From Planctomycetota bacterium (GTDB taxonomy: Bacteria > Planctomycetota > B15-G4 > JADJEK01): a DNA stretch of 64,000 nt. Shown piece by piece: positions 52,267 to 60,776 of the stretch. Where the stretch lies: positions 32,001 through 96,000 of the forward strand of contig JBGAIQ010000014.1 in NCBI GenBank assembly GCA_044225365.1. The letters run 5' to 3'. The translations under genes and the position numbers were made by a program. The notes below the pieces were generated by a model. It had not been told where the DNA came from. It worked only from the letters and a program-made list of their open reading frames with translations, and did not search any database. The first letter of the stretch is position 1, and each line of letters opens with the position of its first letter.

Positions 52267-53838
52267 ATGAACTCGAGCGCTCTTTCCATCGTGGGCGATG
52301 TCTTCGGCCGGTTCCACCCACTCGTGCTGCATCTGCCGATCGGTTTGCTCGCTGGCCTCGCCCTTCTCGAACTGCGCGCGTTCGTGACTCGCACCGCGAC
52401 ACCGCGAAGCATGTTTCGATTCGTCGCCGCAGCGAGCGCGCTGTTCGCCATCGCATCCGCGGGGACGGGCCTCCTACTCGCGCGTAGCGACGAGATGACG
52501 AACACGCTCTATCTCCATCGAGCGCTCGGCATCGCAGTCGCCGCGCTCGCGAGTACGCTCGCCCTTGCCGCGCGCGCACGGACCGGTGAGATCGCGCCCC
52601 GCGGATTCGGGCTCGAACGAGCGCTCCTCGCGGTCACGCTTCTCGCACTCGTTCCTGCGGGACACCTCGGCGCCACGCTCACGCATGGTGAGAATTTTCT
52701 GTTCGCGCCCTTCTCTGCGCCGACTCGCGCCGAATCCTCCCTCGCCGAGGCAAAATCCGACGGGCCGAAGACACTCGTTCACGCCGACATCGCCCAGCTC
52801 CTCGACAAGTACTGCGTCGAGTGCCACGGTGGATCGAAGAAGAAGGGCGGGCTGCGACTCGACACGCACGAATCGATCGAGAAGGGCGGCAAGCATGGCG
52901 CCGTCGTTTTGGCCGGCGATGCCGAGAAGAGCGAACTCGTTCTCCGCATGCGAATTCCCTCGAGCGACGACGATCACATGCCGCCGCCCGAGAAGCCGCA
53001 ACCGAAGCCCGAGGAAATCGACGCGATCGCCGCGTGGGTGAAGGCGGGAGCCCGGTTCGGCGGCGAAGTCGCGGTCGTGGCGACGCAGGGGAAGGCGAAG
53101 CCGTCCCCCGACGTGAAGAAGGCTCCCGACGCAGGAGCGATCGCGGCGCTGCGCGAGCGCCTCGTCCACGTCGAATCGGAAGGCGAGGGCGATCCGCTCA
53201 TCAGCGTCGACTTCGCCGCCATCGCGGAAAAGATCACCGACGCCGATTTCACGGCGCTGATCTCTCCGCTCGCGGACTCCATCGCGGACCTCTCGATCGC
53301 ACGAACCAAGGTGACGGACGCCGCGATGACCCTCGTCGCGCGCATGCCGAACCTGGAGCGCCTCGACCTGCGGGGCACCGCAATCACCTCCGCCGGCCTC
53401 GCCGCGCTCTCCAAGCACGAGAAGCTCTCGGAACTCATCGTCGCGCAAGGCAGGCTCGACGACGCCGCGAACGCAACGCTCCTCGCCATGCCGGCGCTCC
53501 GCACGGTCCATCTCTGGAAGTCCGGAATCTCGGACGACGCCGTTTCGAAGCTCCGCGCCGCGCGCCCGGATGTCGCCTTCGATGCGGGCGACGGCGGTCC
53601 CGTCGCCGCGGCCGAAGTCGAACCGCTCGTCGAACTCGGCAAGAAGCCGGAGAAGAAGCCGATTCCCGAACCCGTCGCTGCGTTGATCGCGATCAACGCC
53701 ACGTGCCCGGTCTCGGGCGCTCCGGTCGACGCCAATTTCCGCGTCGTGTACGACGGCAAGGTCGTGGGCTTCTGCTGCGAGAAGTGCGCCGCCAAATTCC
53801 TCGCCGACCCGAAGGCGTACGCGGCGAAGCTGCAATAG
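52267..53838 (+). CDS. DUF2231-like TM domain, planctomycete cytochrome c, LRR and YHS-like domain protein
   Basis: GRFHPLVLHLPIG, GH.GATLTHG, CVECHG..KKKGGLRLD, LRR (LERLDLRGTAIT) and CPVSG...GFCCEKC. Confidence 0.85.
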   Translation: MNSSALSIVGDVFGRFHPLVLHLPIGLLAGLALLELRAFVTRTATPRSMFRFVAAASALFAIASAGTGLLLARSDEMTNTLYLHRALGIAVAALASTLALAARARTGEIAPRGFGLERALLAVTLLALVPAGHLGATLTHGENFLFAPFSAPTRAESSLAEAKSDGPKTLVHADIAQLLDKYCVECHGGSKKKGGLRLDTHESIEKGGKHGAVVLAGDAEKSELVLRMRIPSSDDDHMPPPEKPQPKPEEIDAIAAWVKAGARFGGEVAVVATQGKAKPSPDVKKAPDAGAIAALRERLVHVESEGEGDPLISVDFAAIAEKITDADFTALISPLADSIADLSIARTKVTDAAMTLVARMPNLERLDLRGTAITSAGLAALSKHEKLSELIVAQGRLDDAANATLLAMPALRTVHLWKSGISDDAVSKLRAARPDVAFDAGDGGPVAAAEVEPLVELGKKPEKKPIPEPVAALIAINATCPVSGAPVDANFRVVYDGKVVGFCCEKCAAKFLADPKAYAAKLQ

Positions 53839-53841
53839 AAA

Positions 53842-53874
53842 CGCGCGGAGGCGACGAGATGCCGCCTCCGCGCG
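53842..53874. terminator. Hairpin between convergent genes, probable intrinsic terminator
   Basis: 12-bp stem CGCGCGGAGGCG / CGCCTCCGCGCG with a 9-nt loop; followed by TTTCT on the minus strand. Confidence 0.7.
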
Positions 53875-53892
53875 CTGCCTCTCATGCGTCGG

Positions 53893-55827
53893 TCAGAACT
53901 TGCTGGCCTTGAGGTAACTCCCCGCCTGAACCGTCGTCGTCGTTCCGGCGGACGCAGTGTTCTGCGCCCACTGCATACGAACCGTGCCCGCCGTCGCTCC
54001 GGTGACCACCATTCCGCGGATCAGGCCCATGTCCGCAGGTAGGCCGCCGAACAGGTACATCGGGATCGCCGAGCCCCCGGCGGCAACGACGAACTGATCG
54101 AATCCGTTGTTGTCGTTGGTCCCGACGAGGGACCATTTGATCGTCGCGCCGGCCGGAATGGTGAAGGCGATCTTGAGGTTCGGGGTCGCGTTCGAGGCAA
54201 AGGCAGAGACGAACACGTCGAATCCCCAGGCCTCATTCGCACCGACCGCGAACGACAGCTCGTCATCGTTTTGGAGTGCGGCACTGTTCGCGACCACTTC
54301 ATCCACGGTCTTGCGGACCTTCGTGTCGCCCGGACCCGCTGGACCCTGAGGCCCCTGCGGACCTTGCGGGCCCACTGGGCCTTGCGGACCCGTCGCGCCG
54401 GTGATGCCCTGTGGGCCTTGCGGACCTGCGGGGCCCGTTGGACCCGTCGCCCCGGTCGCTCCGGTCAAACCGATCGGACCCACGTCGCCCTGAACTCCCT
54501 GCGGACCCGTCGCTCCTTGCGGGCCTTGCGGTCCAGCCGCGCCTGCGGGGCCCACGTCACCTTGCGGACCTTGGGGGCCTTCCGGACCTTGCGGGCCGAC
54601 CGAACCCGTTGCTCCGGTGTCGCCCTGCGGGCCCTGTGGGCCTTGCGGGCCGGCTGCGCCTGCGGGGCCCACGTCACCTTGCGGACCTTGGGGACCGGCT
54701 GGACCTGTCGCACCCGTCGCGCCCGTATCGCCCTGCGGGCCCTGTGGACCTTGCGGTCCGGCTGCGCCGACGGGGCCCACGTCACCTTGCGGACCTTGGG
54801 GACCGGCTGGACCCGTCGCGCCCGTCGCGCCCGTGTCGCCCTGCGGGCCCTGTGGACCTTGCGGTCCGGCTGCGCCGACGGGACCCACTTCGCCTTGCGG
54901 ACCTTGAGGGCCGGCTGGACCTGTCGCACCCGTCGCGCCCGTGTCGCCCTGCGGGCCTTGCGGACCCTGCGGTCCAGTTGCGCCGACGGGGCCCGCTTCG
55001 CCTTGGGGACCTGTCGCACCCGTCGCGCCCGTGTCGCCCTGCGGACCTTGCGGACCCGTCGCGCCGGTGTCGCCCTGCGGACCTTGCGCACCCGTTGCGC
55101 CGGTGTCGCCCTGCGGACCTTGCGGACCCTGCGGTCCAGTTGCGCCGACGGGGCCCACTTCGCCTTGGGGACCTGTCGCACCCGTCGCGCCCGTGTCGCC
55201 CTGCGGACCTTGCGGACCCTGCGGTCCAGTTGCGCCGACGGGGCCCACTTCACCTTGCGGCCCCTGGGGACCCGTTGCCCCAGTTGCGCCGGTGTCGCCC
55301 TGCGGACCCTGCGGACCCATCGGGCCGATCGGGCCCTGCGGACCCTGCAGCCCCGTCGCACTACCGACCCAGTTGCCGTTCTCGTCGATCACGAGCAGGC
55401 CATTGATCGAGACGCTCTTCGGGTGGATGTCGCCGCAGACGTCGCGCGCGAAGAGGGCGTACGGGACCGAGCCGATGAGCTGGCGCGGAGACATCTCGGG
55501 GTCCGTGCCGATCGTCAGGCCGAGCCACAGATCATTTCCGCTGCCGAACAAATTGCTCGGGAACGTGGTGATGGAACCGAGGAACGTATTCACGACGCCG
55601 TTCAGGGCCGTGACCGACTGGGTCTCCGTCCAAACCGGCGATCCGCCGGACGGCGAGTAATAAAGACTCGCCTTGAGCGAGATCCCCGGACCGTTGAGAG
55701 GCTGACCCGCGCCGTTCTTCAATCGCGCCTGGAAGTAGAGAACATCCGGCGATCCTCCGTAGGCCACAGCGCACAGGGAGAGAGTGGTGGCGAGCGTCAA
55801 GCTCGCGATCAAGGACTTCAGGTTCAT
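53893..55827 (-). CDS. Secreted collagen-like protein
   Basis: Signal peptide, globular N-domain (YFQARLK...WTETQ..NG), about 113 Gly-X-Y triplets and a beta-rich C-domain. Confidence 0.9.
   Translation of the reverse strand: MNLKSLIASLTLATTLSLCAVAYGGSPDVLYFQARLKNGAGQPLNGPGISLKASLYYSPSGGSPVWTETQSVTALNGVVNTFLGSITTFPSNLFGSGNDLWLGLTIGTDPEMSPRQLIGSVPYALFARDVCGDIHPKSVSINGLLVIDENGNWVGSATGLQGPQGPIGPMGPQGPQGDTGATGATGPQGPQGEVGPVGATGPQGPQGPQGDTGATGATGPQGEVGPVGATGPQGPQGPQGDTGATGAQGPQGDTGATGPQGPQGDTGATGATGPQGEAGPVGATGPQGPQGPQGDTGATGATGPAGPQGPQGEVGPVGAAGPQGPQGPQGDTGATGATGPAGPQGPQGDVGPVGAAGPQGPQGPQGDTGATGATGPAGPQGPQGDVGPAGAAGPQGPQGPQGDTGATGSVGPQGPEGPQGPQGDVGPAGAAGPQGPQGATGPQGVQGDVGPIGLTGATGATGPTGPAGPQGPQGITGATGPQGPVGPQGPQGPQGPAGPGDTKVRKTVDEVVANSAALQNDDELSFAVGANEAWGFDVFVSAFASNATPNLKIAFTIPAGATIKWSLVGTNDNNGFDQFVVAAGGSAIPMYLFGGLPADMGLIRGMVVTGATAGTVRMQWAQNTASAGTTTTVQAGSYLKASKF
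54337..55353 (-). repeat. Collagen Gly-X-Y coding repeat with a 108-bp higher-order period in part
   Basis: GPQ/GAT/GDT triplets; near-identical blocks at 54721 and 54829. Confidence 0.9.
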
Positions 55828-55903
55828 GACGCATTCTTCCTAGTCATCGGCGTTCCGTCGCGAGCGACGGTCGTCGAGTTGTTCTTATGATCTTGGTTTG
55901 GTT

Positions 55904-56770
55904 TCAGAGAATCGCGGTCGTCGATGCGTTCGTTAGCTTTCCCGGCGGGAAACCGGACGCGAAGATCGAGAGCGATTGGAAGTGCACGACGAGGCCCGAC
56001 AAGATCGGGGCGACCGGCACGAAGATGTCGATGGAATCCACGCCCAGCGGACCAGGGTACGGCGTCGGCGGAATGAGTTGCAGGAACGGCACAGGGCCGA
56101 TCAGCAACGTCCCGTAGGGCTTGGCGAGGATGGAGGTCGTCGACGTCGAAACGAACGTCGTATACATATCCCCGAGTGAGCCGTAGTTCGTGATATTGAG
56201 CGTCCCACCGAGCATCACGGTCGGCGACGTCGTGATCGCCGGCGTGTAGATGAAGCCCGTGGGATCGGTCACGGAACCGAAGCTATTCACCATTTCGACG
56301 GGCCGCTCGCCGACGAGACCCGGAGGGGTCGTGAACGTCGCAAGCGTGTTGGAGAGCACCTGCACGTCCGTCGCCGGTTCGCCGCCTACGAGCACCTGCA
56401 TCGTTGGACCCGATCCGAACTTGTCGAAGTTCAAACCCGAGACGACAACGGGTGTACCTCCCGCGGTTCCACCGAAATTCGGCGTGATGCTGAAGATCAC
56501 GAGGCCCGCCGGAAGATCCGGATCGAAGCTCTCGAGGAACCCAACCCCCGCCATCGAATTCGTAGCGCTGAACGTGCCGCCCGAGACCTCTCCGACGGTC
56601 GAATACGCAATCCCATCGACGGAACACGTCCCGCCTCCGGTCGTTCCGAGACCCAAACCATCGAGTTGATAGTTTGGGCTCTGCGAGACCTGAGCGAGCG
56701 CGCTCGCCGTGATTCCCAAGGTCAATGCGAGCATCTGCAAGCCTCGCCTCGACCGACTCCTCGACTTCAT
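55904..56770 (-). CDS. Secreted IPT/TIG domain protein
   Basis: GAGG SD before ATG 56770; signal peptide; SITPNFGGTAGGTPVVVSGLNF...V.VGG..ATDV...TPPG...GFIY. Confidence 0.82.
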   Translation of the reverse strand: MKSRSRSRRGLQMLALTLGITASALAQVSQSPNYQLDGLGLGTTGGGTCSVDGIAYSTVGEVSGGTFSATNSMAGVGFLESFDPDLPAGLVIFSITPNFGGTAGGTPVVVSGLNFDKFGSGPTMQVLVGGEPATDVQVLSNTLATFTTPPGLVGERPVEMVNSFGSVTDPTGFIYTPAITTSPTVMLGGTLNITNYGSLGDMYTTFVSTSTTSILAKPYGTLLIGPVPFLQLIPPTPYPGPLGVDSIDIFVPVAPILSGLVVHFQSLSIFASGFPPGKLTNASTTAIL

Positions 56771-57038
56771 GCTGACCTCACTTTCAAGGAAACAAGCTCG
56801 ACGAACGTGGTCTCTCCCGCCGACGGTTTCGTCCGCCGTTGAATCGTTCCCACTCGTCTCGCCATCGCACCCGAAACCCACGACGCCCGCCCGAGTCACG
56901 GCGCGTCGTTCAACGAACTCCTCCGGAATCGCCGAAGGAGGTCCCCTCCGTCGTGCATTCGCGATGCTCGAAAGAGCGATCGTCCGGCACGACGGGATCC
57001 GCTCCTCACGAAACGACCCACGCGGTGTCGCCGACTAC

Positions 57039-57054
57039 AGCAGTTCCCATGCCG
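57039..57054 (-). promoter_or_regulatory. Candidate sigma54 (-24/-12) promoter for the IPT-collagen genes
   Basis: Minus strand CGGCATGGGAACTGCT has GG-N10-GC and resembles TGGCACG-N4-TTGCW. Confidence 0.4.
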
Positions 57055-57153
57055 CGCGGCGCGTTGCCCCTCCACCTGCGCCGATTCACGAATACGATCG
57101 TTCTCCGCCGCTCGAATTCGATTTGAAACGCGACTCGGTCAGCGGACCCATCG

Positions 57154-57180
57154 TTGGAAAATCACTTTCCACTTTGGAAA
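57154..57180. promoter_or_regulatory. Inverted/direct repeat cluster, candidate transcription factor binding site
   Basis: TGGAAA-ATCAC-TTTCCA (57155-57171) plus a second TTGGAAA 20 bp after the first; AT-rich in a GC-rich context. Confidence 0.45.
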
Positions 57181-57211
57181 GGAACTGAACAACGCGTGTC
57201 CCCAACGCCGT

Positions 57212-57601
57212 TCAACCGCGCTCGATTCGATCTTCTTCACGCGGACCGGACTTCCAGGTCGTTCTTCGCTCGAGATGATGGCGCACGATCTTCTCGCGCA
57301 GTGTCGGACGACTGATACCGAGCAAGGCGGCCGATCGCGCCAGGTGCCCACCGGTCTTCGTCAGAGCTTCGACGATCAACGCGACGTCGAGTTGTTCGAT
57401 GATCCAACGATGCGCATGCATCGGCGCCGAGTCGAGGCTCGTCCTCGCGAGCGCCCGCAGCGTCTGTCGTATGTCGAGATCCTCGGTCCGCGGGGCGCCA
57501 GCTTCCGATTGGAATGAAACGGAGTGCCCGAGCGCGGACATCATTCTCTCGAGTTCCAAGGTCGTTTCTTCGTCGCCGTCGACGATGACGATTCGAGCCA
57601 A
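57212..57601 (-). CDS. Fis-type HTH protein with a truncated receiver-like N-terminus
   Basis: AAGGAGG SD then TTG; RIVIVDGDE receiver start; EALTKTGG....AALLGISRPTLREKI HTH_8. Confidence 0.75.
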   Translation of the reverse strand: MARIVIVDGDEETTLELERMMSALGHSVSFQSEAGAPRTEDLDIRQTLRALARTSLDSAPMHAHRWIIEQLDVALIVEALTKTGGHLARSAALLGISRPTLREKIVRHHLERRTTWKSGPREEDRIERG

Positions 57602-57721
57602 TCTCCCTCCTTGAAGTGCGTGGGGCGCGGCGGGTGTAGCGCGGCTACATGTACCGACGCGCGCGACCGACGAATGAAGAGCAATCGTCGGGCCACGACC
57701 ACTCTTCGTGGCGACGAGCGC

Positions 57722-59578
57722 TCAGGCCGGAGCGGTCGGAGTGATCGAATCGAGAACCGCCCGCACTTTCGAAGTCATTCCGCGCGGCGTGACCGGCTTT
57801 TGTAAGAAGAACTCGCTGGAATGCAGGATGCCGTGACGAAGGATGGCGTCGTCGGTATAGCCCGACATGAAGAGTACTTTGGCGTGGGGCTGAGCGTCAC
57901 GCACCCTTGCGGCGAGCTCTCGACCGTTCATCTTCGGCATCACGACATCGGTGAGCAGGAGATCGATCGGGATCGACGAGTCGGAGCAGAGTCGAAGCGC
58001 CTCCGTCGGATCCCGCGCTTCGATGACTCGATACCCCGCGCGGCTCAAGATCGATTTCGATACTCCTCGCAAGCTCTCGTCGTCGTCCACCAATAGAATC
58101 GTCTCGCTCCCGGATGCCAGGCTGGGCGCCCCGACGGGAGCGGGCTCCGCGGTGCGGCCTTCACCGCGCGGCAGGTAGATCTTGAAGGTGGTGCCAACTC
58201 CCACTTCGCTATAGAGCCAGATCGCTCCCCCGCTTTGAGCGACGATGCCGAAGACCGTCGACAGGCCGAGTCCTGTGCCCTTTCCCTTGTCCTTCGTCGT
58301 GAAGAACGGCTCGTAGATCCGCGCCTGCGTGGCTTTGTCCATGCCACCGCCCGTATCGCTCACGACCAACACGGAATAGTCGCCGGGGACCATTTTCACG
58401 TGATCGATCGTGTACTCCTCGTCGAGGTGCGCCGTCGAAGTCGAAATCGTGAGCGTGCCACCGTTCGGCATCGCATCGCGCGCATTCACCACGAGGTTCA
58501 AGATCACTTGCTCGACCTGACTCCGATCGACCAGCACGCGCCACGATGTCGGATCGAGACGGAAATTCAATTCGACGTCTTCGCCGACGATCCGCTCGAG
58601 GATCTTCCGCAAGTTGGTGATGACGTCGTTGAGATCGAGGACGCTCGGTGCGAGCACTTGCTGGCGACTGAAAGCGAGGAGTTGGCGCGTGAGGTCTGCG
58701 GCACGGGTTGCGGCCTTCAACACCTCTTCGAGGGCGCCCCGATGACGATCGGCTGCGGGCAGGTCGTCGAGCACCAGATCGGCGTAGCTCATGATGACGG
58801 AGAGGATGTTGTTGAAGTCGTGAGCGATTCCTCCCGCGAGGCGCCCGATCGACTCCATCTTCTGCGCCTGACGGAATTGCTGCTCGGTTCGCTCGAGTTT
58901 CTCGACGGTCCGTTGACGGGCCTGGATCTCGCTCTCGAGTTGCTTCCTAGCGACGTCCGCGGCCTCGGAACGTTCCTGCAGCTTCGACTCGAGCTCGGTC
59001 TTCAGCTCCTGCAGTTCTCGATTCGCGTCCTGGACCTCCCTGGCTCGTTGCAACACGTCGACCGCCATGTGTCGGGTCGCCGCCGACTGGCCCTCGTCCG
59101 ATGCGCCGCGTTCGAGGAGGCGAATGTACTCCGTGACGTCTTCGACTCGGTGGATGATGAAATCAACCGCGCCCCTCTCGTCGAGCATGGGGCAATTGAT
59201 CGGGCTCCAGTATCGCTCCTCGAAACCTCCGCCCTCTGTTTCCGCCCGCTCGATGTCGTACTTCTGAACCGCCATCGTGTCCGGGCGACCCGTCGCGAGA
59301 ACCCGCTCGAGAGAAGCACGAAGCGTGGCGACGCCCGTCGCGTGAGCGTCTTCGGGATTGTCGGGAAACGCGTCGAAGATCTCGCGGCCCAGGAGATCGG
59401 CGCGGGTCCGCATCGTCGCGTCGAGGTAGGCATCCGTCACCGCCACGATCTCGAATCGTCGATTCAAGACCAGGAAGCAACCCGGCGCCGACTCGAAGAG
59501 TCGCCGATAATCCACGCCAGGGCTCTGCGGATCGGAAAGCAAATCGGAACCTACTTCTCTCGCCGGACTCGGACGCAA
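57722..59578 (-). CDS. Hybrid sensor histidine kinase (PAS-HisKA-HATPase-REC)
   Basis: PAS (YRRLFESAP, IFDAFPDNP); QKMESIGRLAGGIAHDFNN; NARDAM, EPFFTTK and GTGLGL; REC LLLTDVVMP. Start uncertain. Confidence 0.92.
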   Translation of the reverse strand: MRPSPAREVGSDLLSDPQSPGVDYRRLFESAPGCFLVLNRRFEIVAVTDAYLDATMRTRADLLGREIFDAFPDNPEDAHATGVATLRASLERVLATGRPDTMAVQKYDIERAETEGGGFEERYWSPINCPMLDERGAVDFIIHRVEDVTEYIRLLERGASDEGQSAATRHMAVDVLQRAREVQDANRELQELKTELESKLQERSEAADVARKQLESEIQARQRTVEKLERTEQQFRQAQKMESIGRLAGGIAHDFNNILSVIMSYADLVLDDLPAADRHRGALEEVLKAATRAADLTRQLLAFSRQQVLAPSVLDLNDVITNLRKILERIVGEDVELNFRLDPTSWRVLVDRSQVEQVILNLVVNARDAMPNGGTLTISTSTAHLDEEYTIDHVKMVPGDYSVLVVSDTGGGMDKATQARIYEPFFTTKDKGKGTGLGLSTVFGIVAQSGGAIWLYSEVGVGTTFKIYLPRGEGRTAEPAPVGAPSLASGSETILLVDDDESLRGVSKSILSRAGYRVIEARDPTEALRLCSDSSIPIDLLLTDVVMPKMNGRELAARVRDAQPHAKVLFMSGYTDDAILRHGILHSSEFFLQKPVTPRGMTSKVRAVLDSITPTAPA

Positions 59579-59675
59579 CCGAAACCGTGCGTCGCAGGGA
59601 TCTCTCCGCCGCGCCGCACGGTCATTATGGGATTCGATCCCTGCCGTTTCGAGAGTCGTCCGAACTTTCGAGCGA

Positions 59676-60776
59676 TTAACGTCGATCCGTCGGGTAGAGC
59701 ACGACCTTCATCGTCTCGTTCCTGCGGAAGCGGGCCATCGCGTCGGGGAATTCATCGAGGCTCGCCTCGTGCGTTACGAGGTGCGAGACGTCCAGGCCGG
59801 CGCGGAGCAGCCCGAGCATCTGGAACCACGTGTCGTACATCCGGCGCCCGATGATGCCCTTGATGTTCTTGCCTTTGAAAACGACCTCGCCGTTCCAATC
59901 GTGGAGCGTGAGCGCCTTCTCCTTGCCGATACCGAGTTCGACGAGATCGCCGCCCCAGCGCGTCATCTCGAGCGCGTCGTTGATCGCGTCGGGATGACCC
60001 GAGATCTCGAGTGCCGCGTCGACGCCCTTCCCATCCGTCCTCCGCTTGATCTCCGTCATCGCGAGCTTGCGCTTCTCGAGGCTTCCGGTATCGAGCACCA
60101 CGACGCGCTCGAGTCCCCGCGGGTGCTTGGCATTGATCCCTGCGGCCCACTTCTTGGCGTGCGCAACGTTGAAGGGATGCACCTCGGTCACGAAGACCTG
60201 TGCAGCGCCCATGAACTCGACGACGGCCGCGGCCATCGCACCGATCGGGCCGTACCCGATCACCGCGATGTCACGGCCCGAGACGCTCGTCGCCTGCGCG
60301 CAGTGCATCGCGTTGCCGAGCGCATCGAGGAATGCACCGACCTTGAGCGGCACCGCCGCGCGATCGAGCTTGATGACGTTCGTCGCCGGAACGACGACGT
60401 AATCCGCAAAGCTGCCGTCCTGATGCAGGCCGCAGATGACGGTACGCTCGCAGGCGTGACCATTGCCGGTCTGGCAAGGGACACAACGCCCGCAGACGAC
60501 GTGCATCTCGGCCGTGACGTAGTCGTCGATCGCAAAGCCGAACCCCTCGGCACCCGGGCCGAAAGCGTCGATCTCGCCGCAGAACTCGTGGCCGAGCGTG
60601 CGCGGCGGTTTCGCCTTCTCGATCACCGTCGCATCGCCGGCGCAGAGATGTTTGTCGGTGCCGCAGATGCCGGCCGCGAGGACCTTGATCCGGACCTGGC
60701 CGGGCCCCGGCTCCGGAATCGGCACGTCGCGCAGGAGCTTCGCCTCACCGACGCCCATGAGCCGAACGGCACGCAT
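59676..60776 (-). other. tdh: L-threonine 3-dehydrogenase domain of the fusion
   Basis: ICGTD.H, GHEFCG, AEMHVVCGRCVPC..G..HAC, DALGNAMH, GYGPIG, LEISG, KGIIGRRMYDTW and KVVL. Confidence 0.88.

Noticed and set aside
54617-55660. Cys-rich (PCG)n repeat proteins on the plus strand
   Set aside because: Antisense translation of the collagen GPQ repeat.
53893-55827. Prophage tail-fibre locus
   Set aside because: The protein has a signal peptide, and no phage structural, integrase or packaging genes are nearby.
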